64,000 nucleotides of DNA from Candidatus Pyrohabitans jungbluthii (GTDB lineage: Archaea; Hydrothermarchaeota; Hydrothermarchaeia; Hydrothermarchaeales; BMS3B), in assembly GCA_002010065.2 (NCBI GenBank), contig MTMD02000002.1, forward strand, positions 416,001-480,000. The letters run 5' to 3'. The position numbers and the translations under genes are program-made. This document shows positions 1 to 9,428 of this stretch, in pieces (within the stretch, counting starts at the first letter, position 1; each line of letters starts with the position of its first letter). The notes below the pieces were generated by a model. That model was not told the origin of the DNA. It ran no database searches and was given only the letters and a program-made list of their open reading frames with translations.

Positions 1-3000
1 CCCAGAACCAATTTCCGCCACATCCCAAGCTATAGAATTTACGACCCTTACGTAACAAGAAGCCGTATCGACAACGAATTTATCCCACCTTCTATTGGCA
101 AAATCATCTTCGATGTCAGCGGCGGCTTCGGATGCAACGACTAGGGCTCCTAAGCCTGTAATAGCTTTAGCTGCAGTTTTTTGAGTAACGAGTTTTGTTT
201 CTTTATCAACCAAAATATCGGAGAGGTCATCCACAACGCTATCAAGGTTCATATATTTCTTCTCGGCTTCTATAGCCTTTTCTATATCTCCCATGTTGAT
301 ATATCTTGTAACCCATCCCTTAAGCGTCCTGACGGAATTTTTAAGTGCATCTCTGATTCCTCTTATTTCTTCAACTTCCTGTTCGGTTTTCTTCGCTTGA
401 GTCTTAATACGGTCGTTTACAATACCTCTTCCTATTGCAAATGGTGTCCTAAACCTATCCCAAAGGCTGAGGGAGTCTTCGACATCAGTATTGCCATCGG
501 TTTCCACTGTACCTATTTCCTTAAGTGCATCATCCACGAACCTCTTTTCTTCCACGGTCAATTGCCTATTCTCCTCAATTGCACGCTGTATTGATTCGAT
601 CATGGTGTCCCAGACACTTTCCTTTCCGAGATCTGTGAAAAATTCCTCAATATTTTTTTCTTTTGCCTTATCCAGTATCTCATTTAACTCCTGCTTTTCG
701 GTGCTTCCACCGTTTATAACAGTTCCAAGCTCGTCGGCGATCATCCAAGCATTTGCACCAGTTGCGGGGTCTAAAACAAGCCAGCCATACATCTTTACTT
801 TCCCTATTCTAATAAAGTTCATCGGCGCAAATACGGTATATCCCTGCTCTACAGCGTTTTTGATACTTCTCTCTATGTTCGGCTCAGAAATGTTTAGCTT
901 GTCGATATTGTGCTGGTTAATATTGACGATAGGAACACCCAGCTCAGCTGCTCCTTTGAAAAGATTAATCGTAGAAACCCCGGTGGAATTGTAAAGGGTG
1001 TCGAAGAGTACATGCTCCCATGAGGAGGAGATTGCTCCGGCCATGAAGGCGAATTTTTTCTTCTCAGACGAGCTTCCCTGGATTGAGAGAATATTCCTAG
1101 CCAGGTCTATATGTGTATAGCCTGGCTCAATGGTTGTGGGGACACTTCCAAGATAATCGGTATCGAAAGTAACGCCCAATACAGCAACGGATGGGGAAGC
1201 TCTCCACCATCTTACCCCTTGCGCCTCCGCTAAGAGTTGAGAATTTAGGTCTGTCATTTCAAAGTAGCTAAGGAGACTGAGATACATCGACGCCCCGAGG
1301 GCGTGATCTATAAGGAGGTTCCCATTCAGATTTTCATAAATCCCATCTAATGTCCTTGCGGCCTGTTTCTTTATAACTTCAGAGGGCATTTTCCCCAGGT
1401 CAAAGGCCACCGCATAGTAGCCACCCACTTCCAAGGGAGAAGAAACCACATCTAGGTTATTTGGTGTTATTATGCTCACCCTAAGTTCTTGCTTAACTCC
1501 GAAGGAAGAAGCATTCCCCAAAGCGAAGGGTAGAGAATTAACTCTCAGTACAGGTCGATAATCAAGCATATAAGCGGGAATGTCTGTTAGCGACTCTTGA
1601 GAGTTGACGAATTCTGACATCGAGTCATCAGCTGGAATATAGTCAATGGTTATTTGGTTACCTAAAGTGTTTACTGAGGAGATGTTGAAGCTCAATACAG
1701 TTTTTCCTTCTTCAACTATCTCAATTTTAATAAGATGGACGAACTCTGCCGGGATTTTATTGTACCTTTCAGAAACTACTACTGAATATGGTAGGGTTCC
1801 TGGTATTATCTCCGGTCCTGTTTTAGGTGGTTTAGATGCATATAAAGCGTCAAATTCCTCCCATGTTAGATTCTTGTGCAGGAGGCCTATGTTCTCATAG
1901 TACCATTGGTCGCTCTGATTTTTGAGTTCTGCAGTTGAATTTGATATCATGGAAACGGTATCTTTGGAAAATATTGTATAGTCTTCTGTTATTTTAGTGC
2001 TATTGATTATGTACTCGAATAAATTATCTAGATCATAATCCAAGTCAGCAGTCGGATACGGCTCCTTAGGCTTATAGGGTACGAAGGTGGGGTCAAGAGG
2101 TATCCACTGCTCTGGAGCATTACCGCACGCCTCTCTATTTGCAATGTAGCCACGGTAGCATTCGTCCGAGTACATGCCGTAGGGTAGCTTTACCTCTACC
2201 CATACATGTTCTACGAGGATTTTCTTGTTGGATAACTCAGCCGGTACATAATTCTCCCAGAGGAGTTGAAGGGCTTCTTCAGTTGTGTTGACCCCGAGTA
2301 CCTGCATCATGTACTCTGGCTCTACCTCTACCGTTCCAATGACGAAGCGGGTCTGGTATCCCGCCGCCCTGAGCAGGTCGGATAGCAACGCAGCCTGGTC
2401 GAAGTCATTGCCTGCCTTCTCCCACATCGTCCACAGCGAGCCCTTCATGTAACCGTAGTAGGGGGTGTACTCTATTTCGTCCCTCACGTAGGCGTAGATT
2501 TTTGCTGGGTTGTGGTCGAGCTGGGCGGAAAGGTTGGCTATCTCGGGCGGCACAGGAGAAGCAGCGTCTCCCTGCTCCTCGGCGAAGGCGCTGGGCAGGA
2601 GCGTTGTGAGCTTCTCTATGAGTCTGCCGAGCAGGGGCTTCTCTTCCCGCGCTTCGGCGTGCTTCGGCAGCGGCTTTGGCTTCTCCTTGGGGAAGGTGGT
2701 GCGGGGTTTTATGGGCTTGCCCCCGCTGGGCCTGGTGGGAAGCTGCTCCGGTGCTTTAACCTTCACCGCAGGCTTTGCCGGCTTCTCGAGCAGAGGGGTG
2801 ATATCGCTGAGCAGAGGCTCAACCTGAGCAAGTGCGAGCATCGCCTCGGAGGTGTGGTTGCTCGCGATCTCCTCCCTGAGCCGGGTTAGGGCGGCTGAGA
2901 GGTTCTCAAGGCTGGAGAGGAGCCGCCGGTTTTCCTGCGTCACGAGGGCGACCACTTCTTCATGCTTCTCCAGCTTCTGCCTCGGGATGCGCTTCTTTAC

Positions 3001-3429
3001 CTTCTTCAGCTTCTTGGTGACGCTGTCGGCGGAGCTCCTGAACCTCTCGTCCGCCGTGGCGAGCTCGCTTTTTGATTGGTTGAGGACCGTGAGGTAGAAG
3101 TCGACCAACTTAAGCGCATCCTCGGTGTCGCCCTCCTCCAGCTCCATGCGTATGTCCTCGGTGAGCATGCGGAAGAGGGAAAGCTCACCCTTAAATCCCT
3201 GCTTCAGCCGGGAGAGCTCTTTAAGAGCATGAGTGTACTTGCCGCCCAGGGGTTCGAAGGGCGGATCCCTCAAACCGAGGGTTATAAGCATGAGGTTGAT
3301 AGCCTTCCCGAGGGGAGAATCCCCTCTGGGCTGAGAAGCCCCGCCTGGCAGTGCGCCGGCTGCGGCGTAGGCGGCTGGAACAGGGGAGAGGAGCATGAGG
3401 AGTATCATGAAAAGCGCTCTGCCGCTCAT
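1..3429 (-). CDS. Large secreted transglutaminase-like-domain protein, probable polymorphic-toxin/effector carrier (>=1143 aa, 3' end beyond window edge)
   Basis: Absent from the ORF track because there is no stop inside the window. ATG at 3429-3427 overlaps the TGA of the 2000-aa gene. Manual translation is open to position 1. Signal-peptide-like N-terminus MSGRALFMILLMLLSPVPAAYAA; TGase-like motifs YTPYYGYMKGS, GNDFDQAALLSDLLRAAG, EHVWVEV, WIPLDPTF; later SSWEHVLF and GWLVLDPATGANAWMI...INGG. Confidence 0.85.
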   Translation of the reverse strand, partial: MSGRALFMILLMLLSPVPAAYAAAGALPGGASQPRGDSPLGKAINLMLITLGLRDPPFEPLGGKYTHALKELSRLKQGFKGELSLFRMLTEDIRMELEEGDTEDALKLVDFYLTVLNQSKSELATADERFRSSADSVTKKLKKVKKRIPRQKLEKHEEVVALVTQENRRLLSSLENLSAALTRLREEIASNHTSEAMLALAQVEPLLSDITPLLEKPAKPAVKVKAPEQLPTRPSGGKPIKPRTTFPKEKPKPLPKHAEAREEKPLLGRLIEKLTTLLPSAFAEEQGDAASPVPPEIANLSAQLDHNPAKIYAYVRDEIEYTPYYGYMKGSLWTMWEKAGNDFDQAALLSDLLRAAGYQTRFVIGTVEVEPEYMMQVLGVNTTEEALQLLWENYVPAELSNKKILVEHVWVEVKLPYGMYSDECYRGYIANREACGNAPEQWIPLDPTFVPYKPKEPYPTADLDYDLDNLFEYIINSTKITEDYTIFSKDTVSMISNSTAELKNQSDQWYYENIGLLHKNLTWEEFDALYASKPPKTGPEIIPGTLPYSVVVSERYNKIPAEFVHLIKIEIVEEGKTVLSFNISSVNTLGNQITIDYIPADDSMSEFVNSQESLTDIPAYMLDYRPVLRVNSLPFALGNASSFGVKQELRVSIITPNNLDVVSSPLEVGGYYAVAFDLGKMPSEVIKKQAARTLDGIYENLNGNLLIDHALGASMYLSLLSYFEMTDLNSQLLAEAQGVRWWRASPSVAVLGVTFDTDYLGSVPTTIEPGYTHIDLARNILSIQGSSSEKKKFAFMAGAISSSWEHVLFDTLYNSTGVSTINLFKGAAELGVPIVNINQHNIDKLNISEPNIERSIKNAVEQGYTVFAPMNFIRIGKVKMYGWLVLDPATGANAWMIADELGTVINGGSTEKQELNEILDKAKEKNIEEFFTDLGKESVWDTMIESIQRAIEENRQLTVEEKRFVDDALKEIGTVETDGNTDVEDSLSLWDRFRTPFAIGRGIVNDRIKTQAKKTEQEVEEIRGIRDALKNSVRTLKGWVTRYINMGDIEKAIEAEKKYMNLDSVVDDLSDILVDKETKLVTQKTAAKAITGLGALVVASEAAADIEDDFANRRWDKFVVDTASCYVRVVNSIAWDVAEIGSG

Positions 3430-6400
3430 TTCTTACCGCCTCCCTTCTTCGGCTCTATGGTTACATTCGAAACCAGCTCAACGGTCTCGTTCCCCTCAGG
3501 CGAGGAGTAGGTGATGAGCGTTTTGAGCGTGAAGGTGGTGGTCTCGCTCACCTCGGGGTTGAGGAGCACGTACTCCAGGGTTCTGCTGCTTCTTGGTTCG
3601 AGGGCGGTAAAGCTCCAGGTTATGCTGCTGTTCGCGGCGCTGCCGTCGCTGGAGTCTATCACAAACGCCTCCGGTATCTCCTCGGTTACGGTAACGTTCT
3701 CCGCCGACACGCTGCCCGTGCTGGAAATGCGTATGCTCACTCTGGTCTTAGCTGCCTTGCCCTCGTCCTGAGGCTTGAGCTCCTTGGTAGCGCTGAGGGA
3801 GGCGATGCTCTCGCATGCTTCGAGGCTCCACAGGAGAGCACGCTTTGTAATGTTGAGCCACACACTGGCGTTGTAGCCCTCGTAGGAGCTGAGCGCGATA
3901 TCCGGGGCGAAGAAGATGACCCTGCTTCCGTTGTAGTAGGAGAGGGTTAAGGCGGGGTAGCTCTCAGTCTCCTTTGTCGGCAGCATGTCCAGGGCATAGG
4001 CAAGCACCCTGTAGGTGTATTCCGGCTCAATCTTCGCGAGCCATCCCACCGTGGTGAGGTTCGCTCCCACATAGCCAGCGGTAAGGTGGTGCTCCTCCGT
4101 TATGGTCAGATTCCTGGGCTGATACGGCTCGCCCATCGGCAGGCTGCCGAGGTACTTGAAGCCGGCGATGTCTCCAAGGCCGGGATTGGCCTTGAGGGTG
4201 TAGTCGGAGAATATCAGCTCCCTGGTGAGGCTTCCCCGCTCACTCAGCCATGCCTTTATCTCCTCTATTTCGGTGCTATTCAGCTCCCCTTCTTCAGTGC
4301 AGTCGTACTCGCAGTGCCCCATGTTCAGGAGCCACAGCACGGTGTAGTAGCTGCTCCGAAGCTCGTGCATCAGCTCCTGCGTGGTGTTCACCTTCTTCAC
4401 GTAGGCTATCTCTTTAGCGGCTTCGTCGATGAACCACTCGTCGCTGGCATCGCCACTCCAGGCAAGCACCAGGATGGGGATTACTGTTACATTCGCCGAG
4501 GAGGAGTTGTAGTAGGCATAGCCGTCCTCGTCGTAGTAGGTGATGTTCAGGTTAAGGGTTATGTTGCGGATTTCGGGTATGAGCTGCGCCTCTGCAGAGA
4601 AGTTCAGGAGCACGCCATCCTTTGGCGGAAGCTCGAGGCTCCAGGTTACTGTGCCGGTGCTGGCGTTGAAGGATGCGTTTTCCAAGGTGTTCTCCAGCAC
4701 CCTGAGCTCCTCGGGTACTGTCAGGAGAGCGGTAATATTGACTGCGTCGTCGTAGCCGAGGTTGGTGATGTTCACCGCCACCGCAATGCTGTGGCCGCTG
4801 TAGGCTGCGCTGGGTGTGATTATCTCCCCTTTCAGCAGGGGTATCGGCTTGACCAGGAGCGTTTTCTCCACGCTGGAGACGTATGTTCTGCCGTAGTAGT
4901 CGAGGTAGAAGGCCTTCGCTCTGAGGGTGTAGTTTACGGGGTCGAAGCTGTGGATGAAGGGTGTGAGGAAGGTGTAGGCGACGCCTGCGCTTCCTTCGCT
5001 GGTGATGTCGCCCAGCTGCCAGGTTATGGTGGTGGTACCGCCATTGTAGTCGCCGGAGTAGCTAAGGGCGGTGAAGTTCTCCGGCAGAAGTGCGACGAGG
5101 GAGGTGTTGACAGCGGTGTTCTCCCCGGTGTTCCTCACTGTTAGGTTCGCATTTACCACCTTCAGGGCCCTTGTAGCGTAGGTGCTGAGGCTCTCCTCTA
5201 CTACCAGGTGGGGCACCTCAACGACCCTGAAGGATTTGGAGGCGGCCGCAAGGGCGGTGCCGTTCCTCAGCCTTAGAGTGGCATTAAGGAGGTACTCACC
5301 GCTTCCGTTGCGCGGGGTGAAGTAGTTGTGCACGTATTTTACCTCTCCAGGAGCTATTGCCGGGACATTGAGCACCCACCTGCTCAGGGTGGAGTTCCTC
5401 TTCGTCAGCAGGAATTCCACATAGGAGTCTTCTAGGGGCGTGTTCGGGCTGGTGTTGTTTATCTTCACGTAGGAGTCGACGATCTCGCCCAGCCTGTAGA
5501 CACCCCTATCGGTGAACAGGTTCATCTCCGCGCCTATTGCGCTGGCCATCTCGAAGAACGTGGTGGCGTTGGCCAGGGTGACGTTCAGCTCTCCTATGAG
5601 GGTACAAGCAACGGTGTAGTTCCCGGGCGCAAGTAGAGAGGTGTTGTTCAGAGGCAGAGAGAAGCTCAGGTTGCTCGATGGTGGAAGCACCGCTATCTCC
5701 ATGGGCTGCGCAGAAACTCTCGCGCCGGTGGGTGTGTCGATAAACGTGCGCAGGGTGAGGTTGCCCAGCGTCTGGTTGCCGTTGTTGCTCACCGTGCCGA
5801 CAAGCTCTATGGTGTCGTAGGGTGAATATACCCGCCTGCTCGTATTTATGCTGAGGCTCACCACATTCAGAGCTTCCACCTGCAGGGGCGGGAACTCTCT
5901 GACGACGCTGGCTGAGGTTACGCCGTCGACGTAGCTTATTCTCGCCTTTGAGATGTTCCTCTTCTCAAGGGCGGAGAGGACGAAGGAGACGTTGTACAGG
6001 ATGTTTATGGTCTCCCCGTTCTGTATCTCGGGGAATATCCATACAAGGGTGTTGTTGGCTGTATAGTTGGGAGGAGTGATGGGCTCCGCCTCGCCGTAAA
6101 GCACCTCCTCCTCGTAAGTGACGTTTATTCCAGCCAGTAGGTGGGTGCCGTCCAGGATTTCACGTTGATAGTTCATGGCTTCAACCAGCTCCTCATAGCT
6201 GGTGGTGAAGTTGAATAAACCGCTGGTTACACCCGTTACGGAGCCTGTAGTGGTGGAAGGAGTGGTGGGAGCTTCTCCGGGTTCTTCGGCAGCAGGCGGA
6301 GGAGGCTGAGGAATGAACACCGGTATGTAATAGTATACTACGATGGACGCTTCGGCGATATTACCACTGGTGTCAACGGCTCTGACGGTTATCCTGTTTG

Positions 6401-9400
6401 CTCCGTAGCGGAGGGTTAGGGGCTTACCCCAAGAAGTTGTGCCGTCCGCCGGTTCCCAATCTCCGTAATTCAGCCTTACTTTCACCTCCCTAATCCCCCT
6501 GTTGTCCGAGGCATTGCCTTGCAGCACTATACTGCTCGTCTCAAAACTCTGATATGTCTCCGGATATAAAATGGTCACATTGGGCGGAGTAGTATCCGGG
6601 GCACCTCTGATTACGGTGATAGAAGCATTAGCCGCAACACCCAACGTGTTGGTGGCCCTCACCACAATCACATTGGGACCTGGACGGAGGGTTACCACTT
6701 TCTCCCAGTGAGCAGTCCCGGAAGCTGGCTCATACGGCTCACCGTTAACACTCACCTCCACTCTGGAGATTCCTCTCTCATCATATGCAGTGCCATTAAC
6801 CACCACAGTCTCAGTGTAAACCGTTTCGTTGTTCTTTGGATAGGCAATCTCTATAGACGGCTGGATGTATTCCAGGGGATAGCATCCGCCATCGGAGGCG
6901 CAGATTGTACCCGAGGGGCAGAATTCACGTGTTATGCTGTATCCCTTTGGATATGAGGAGGAGAGGATACAAACCACATCATAGGGGTCGGAGTTTGTGT
7001 CCGCTGCAATGCATTCGTCACTCAGCTTAGCATAACAGCCCATATTCTCAGCCAAGCATAGAGCACTGTACTGGTAATTGGCACAGAAAGAAACAGCTTC
7101 TTCGCCATTCTTACCGCATGCTTTGTAGCCAGCAGGACCATACCACCGTTCATTAGTTTGACGCCAGTACTCTAATATAGGTAGTTCGTACTTATTATCA
7201 GAGTGATAATGCTCATAAATGTATTGCCTATAGAAGAAATCGGTGACGCTGCACTCAACACCAACTAAATTGACAGGATATTCTTCTATTTTTTCATAAT
7301 AATCGTAATTTGTTAATAGCCGATAATATTCATACCTACATGGTCCCCTTTTCTTGGTAAATGTATAAATGTTTAAATATCTTGGGGTAGAATAAGCGGG
7401 TATCTCGCCCTCATATGCTTTAACTGATATCATATCGCCGGTATCTGGGGATACCAGCCCAAACATTGAAGCGGGAGCCCAGCATTCTACAATAAAAGTC
7501 TCACCAGCATCAAACACACCATTGTTATTCGGGTCGCTTACAAGCGTGCAGTTCTGACTGCTGTTTTTACTGACCCATGCAGAAGCGCTTTCCTTTACCT
7601 CAAGGTAGTCTCCAATTTTAAGGAATTTAACTCCAATCTTCCACTCCCTCTTGGAGGAATCCAGATTCTTGGCATTTACTTTCACCCTTATCTCCTTCGT
7701 TGGCAGCACAAATATGTCGCCATAATCAATCCATGCGTTCCTGCTGGTATCATATATTTTAAAAGAGACCTCCATGGTCGGTTCTGGGAGATATGGGCAG
7801 TAGCCACCTCTTGCTATGTCAGTGGAGGTGCATTGTAACCCAGAAGCATCGAGGGCAGATCCGCCAAGTGGGTCCGCGCAGTATCTTATTCTGGCGGTAT
7901 TACAGGAGATTTTTCCAAGATAGGTGGTATTCAAAATAAGGTCCACTGCCCCAGAAGAGTGTATAAAACCCTGATTGGAAAATGCGATATTGGATGAGAT
8001 ACTTATGTTTGCTGAGAGGGGGTTGCCATCAGCACACTTATCATCACCCACACCTCCTGTGCCGATTAAAGAAGAAATGTTTCCTTTGCTGGTTATGATG
8101 AGTAAATCGGCAGATATGGCTACTTTTCCGGCATCACCGCCTCTTGCATTCTTATAGCAGCCACAGCTAATTTCGCTGCTAAATCTCCCCCCATTCCCAC
8201 CGTTCGCTGCAATAGAAGTGTTTACTATAACCATGGCTGCCTGAATATCAACCACTCCACCGTTGCCTCCTGGTCCGCCCTGTGCGTCGCCCCTTCCCTT
8301 ACCTCCCCGGGCGCCGTTCACATAAATCGGGAAATTAATGCTCACATTTGTGCCTCTGAGTATCACGCTTCCGCCGTTTCCACCTTTGCCGCCAAAACCG
8401 GTACAGGCATCGTCATCGCTGCTTTCATATCCACTTCCACCCCGTCCGCCAACCGCCTTCAGGTAACCATTGACAGTTATTTCCGAATTGGATTTAATAT
8501 AGATTTTTCCAGCATTTCCGCCGTCTCCACCGTCCCTGCCGAATCCTCCGTTTGCGGTTATGCTACCGCTAACAACTGTTTTATCGGAATTGATAGTTAT
8601 CGTACCTCCAGGACCGGCACTCCCACTATGGCGATACGCATCCCCCGAATTCCCACCTGCAGCAAAAATATCCCTCCTTATATAAACCTCACCAGCATCT
8701 ATACTTATTGAACCTGCTGTTCCTCCACCGCCACCGAAACCATAGCCCTTACCATTTCCGCCATTTCCACCATTTGCAGAGACGACCGAGTTAATTAACA
8801 CTTTTGATGCTTTGAAATAAATCGAACCTCCGCTTCCTCCTCTCCCACCATCCGAATCGGTACCACCACCTCTCCCGCCGTCCCCGCCTCGTGTGGATAG
8901 GGGGGCATACACTCTTATCTCAGTTGCTTTAAAATTAATTAGACCTGCACTACCTCCGGTTCCGCCAGTTCTGTAACTTCCACCTATTCCACCAATTCCA
9001 CCATTCGCGGAAACTGCTCCATAGATGTTAATTTTTTCTGCCTTAACAAAGATTGAACCACCATGCCCACCGCTTCCACCATTCTGCAACCATCCTCCAT
9101 TTCTCCCTCCTCCCCCATTCGCAGAAAGACTTGCACCAGCGTTTATTTGGAAAAGATTGTTCGCATAAAATCTAACATTTCTCGAATTCCTGCCCTCTTT
9201 TGGCACCACTACTGTACCGGTGATGTAGATGTTTGGAGCTTCACAGACGTAGGTTTGGGCATCAAGATTGCATTTTTCTTCAATATCTGCTGCTGAAGAA
9301 ATGTACAAATCAGATTCTAAAGCATAAGAAGAATGGGTAAAGAATATTAAAACGAAAATGCCTAATAAAGAAATTCTCTTAAACCATATGAATGGAATTC

Positions 9401-9428
9401 TTACAATAGGGAGGATTATCTTATTCAT
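3426..9428 (-). CDS. 2000-aa extracellular/surface protein: Gly-rich repeats, Cys-rich region, two Ig-like (Big) repeats, P/T linker, CARDB/DUF11-like Ig domains
   Basis: N-terminal hydrophobic signal; repeated GGxGGxGGxIxIxA units; two similar Ig repeats (VxVNGTAYDERGI / IxLQGNASDNRGI); PQPPPP...TTPSTTT linker; many N-x-S/T sequons in the C-terminal half. Confidence 0.85.
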   Translation of the reverse strand: MNKIILPIVRIPFIWFKRISLLGIFVLIFFTHSSYALESDLYISSAADIEEKCNLDAQTYVCEAPNIYITGTVVVPKEGRNSRNVRFYANNLFQINAGASLSANGGGGRNGGWLQNGGSGGHGGSIFVKAEKINIYGAVSANGGIGGIGGSYRTGGTGGSAGLINFKATEIRVYAPLSTRGGDGGRGGGTDSDGGRGGSGGSIYFKASKVLINSVVSANGGNGGNGKGYGFGGGGGTAGSISIDAGEVYIRRDIFAAGGNSGDAYRHSGSAGPGGTITINSDKTVVSGSITANGGFGRDGGDGGNAGKIYIKSNSEITVNGYLKAVGGRGGSGYESSDDDACTGFGGKGGNGGSVILRGTNVSINFPIYVNGARGGKGRGDAQGGPGGNGGVVDIQAAMVIVNTSIAANGGNGGRFSSEISCGCYKNARGGDAGKVAISADLLIITSKGNISSLIGTGGVGDDKCADGNPLSANISISSNIAFSNQGFIHSSGAVDLILNTTYLGKISCNTARIRYCADPLGGSALDASGLQCTSTDIARGGYCPYLPEPTMEVSFKIYDTSRNAWIDYGDIFVLPTKEIRVKVNAKNLDSSKREWKIGVKFLKIGDYLEVKESASAWVSKNSSQNCTLVSDPNNNGVFDAGETFIVECWAPASMFGLVSPDTGDMISVKAYEGEIPAYSTPRYLNIYTFTKKRGPCRYEYYRLLTNYDYYEKIEEYPVNLVGVECSVTDFFYRQYIYEHYHSDNKYELPILEYWRQTNERWYGPAGYKACGKNGEEAVSFCANYQYSALCLAENMGCYAKLSDECIAADTNSDPYDVVCILSSSYPKGYSITREFCPSGTICASDGGCYPLEYIQPSIEIAYPKNNETVYTETVVVNGTAYDERGISRVEVSVNGEPYEPASGTAHWEKVVTLRPGPNVIVVRATNTLGVAANASITVIRGAPDTTPPNVTILYPETYQSFETSSIVLQGNASDNRGIREVKVRLNYGDWEPADGTTSWGKPLTLRYGANRITVRAVDTSGNIAEASIVVYYYIPVFIPQPPPPAAEEPGEAPTTPSTTTGSVTGVTSGLFNFTTSYEELVEAMNYQREILDGTHLLAGINVTYEEEVLYGEAEPITPPNYTANNTLVWIFPEIQNGETINILYNVSFVLSALEKRNISKARISYVDGVTSASVVREFPPLQVEALNVVSLSINTSRRVYSPYDTIELVGTVSNNGNQTLGNLTLRTFIDTPTGARVSAQPMEIAVLPPSSNLSFSLPLNNTSLLAPGNYTVACTLIGELNVTLANATTFFEMASAIGAEMNLFTDRGVYRLGEIVDSYVKINNTSPNTPLEDSYVEFLLTKRNSTLSRWVLNVPAIAPGEVKYVHNYFTPRNGSGEYLLNATLRLRNGTALAAASKSFRVVEVPHLVVEESLSTYATRALKVVNANLTVRNTGENTAVNTSLVALLPENFTALSYSGDYNGGTTTITWQLGDITSEGSAGVAYTFLTPFIHSFDPVNYTLRAKAFYLDYYGRTYVSSVEKTLLVKPIPLLKGEIITPSAAYSGHSIAVAVNITNLGYDDAVNITALLTVPEELRVLENTLENASFNASTGTVTWSLELPPKDGVLLNFSAEAQLIPEIRNITLNLNITYYDEDGYAYYNSSSANVTVIPILVLAWSGDASDEWFIDEAAKEIAYVKKVNTTQELMHELRSSYYTVLWLLNMGHCEYDCTEEGELNSTEIEEIKAWLSERGSLTRELIFSDYTLKANPGLGDIAGFKYLGSLPMGEPYQPRNLTITEEHHLTAGYVGANLTTVGWLAKIEPEYTYRVLAYALDMLPTKETESYPALTLSYYNGSRVIFFAPDIALSSYEGYNASVWLNITKRALLWSLEACESIASLSATKELKPQDEGKAAKTRVSIRISSTGSVSAENVTVTEEIPEAFVIDSSDGSAANSSITWSFTALEPRSSRTLEYVLLNPEVSETTTFTLKTLITYSSPEGNETVELVSNVTIEPKKGGGKK
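8050..9130 (-). repeat. Coding Gly-rich degenerate tandem repeat (about 45 aa period, roughly 7-8 units) inside the 2000-aa gene
   Basis: Units such as SANGGxGGxG...GGxGGxGGSIxIxA recur; on the + strand they appear as cc(a/g/t)cc runs. Confidence 0.75.

Noticed and set aside
181-3510. Several + strand ORFs (137, 167, 105, 125, 144 aa) in the first 3.5 kb
   Set aside because: Antisense shadows of the continuous minus-strand TGase-like ORF (3429 to <1), which has recognisable motifs.
4086-5144. 352-aa + strand ORF
   Set aside because: Lies antisense within the 2000-aa gene and has no motifs; typical shadow of GC-rich codon usage.
8050-9130. Periodic cc(a/g/t)cc pattern considered as CRISPR or a non-coding tandem repeat
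   Set aside because: No identical 25-40-bp repeats with unique spacers; it simply encodes Gly-rich protein repeats.
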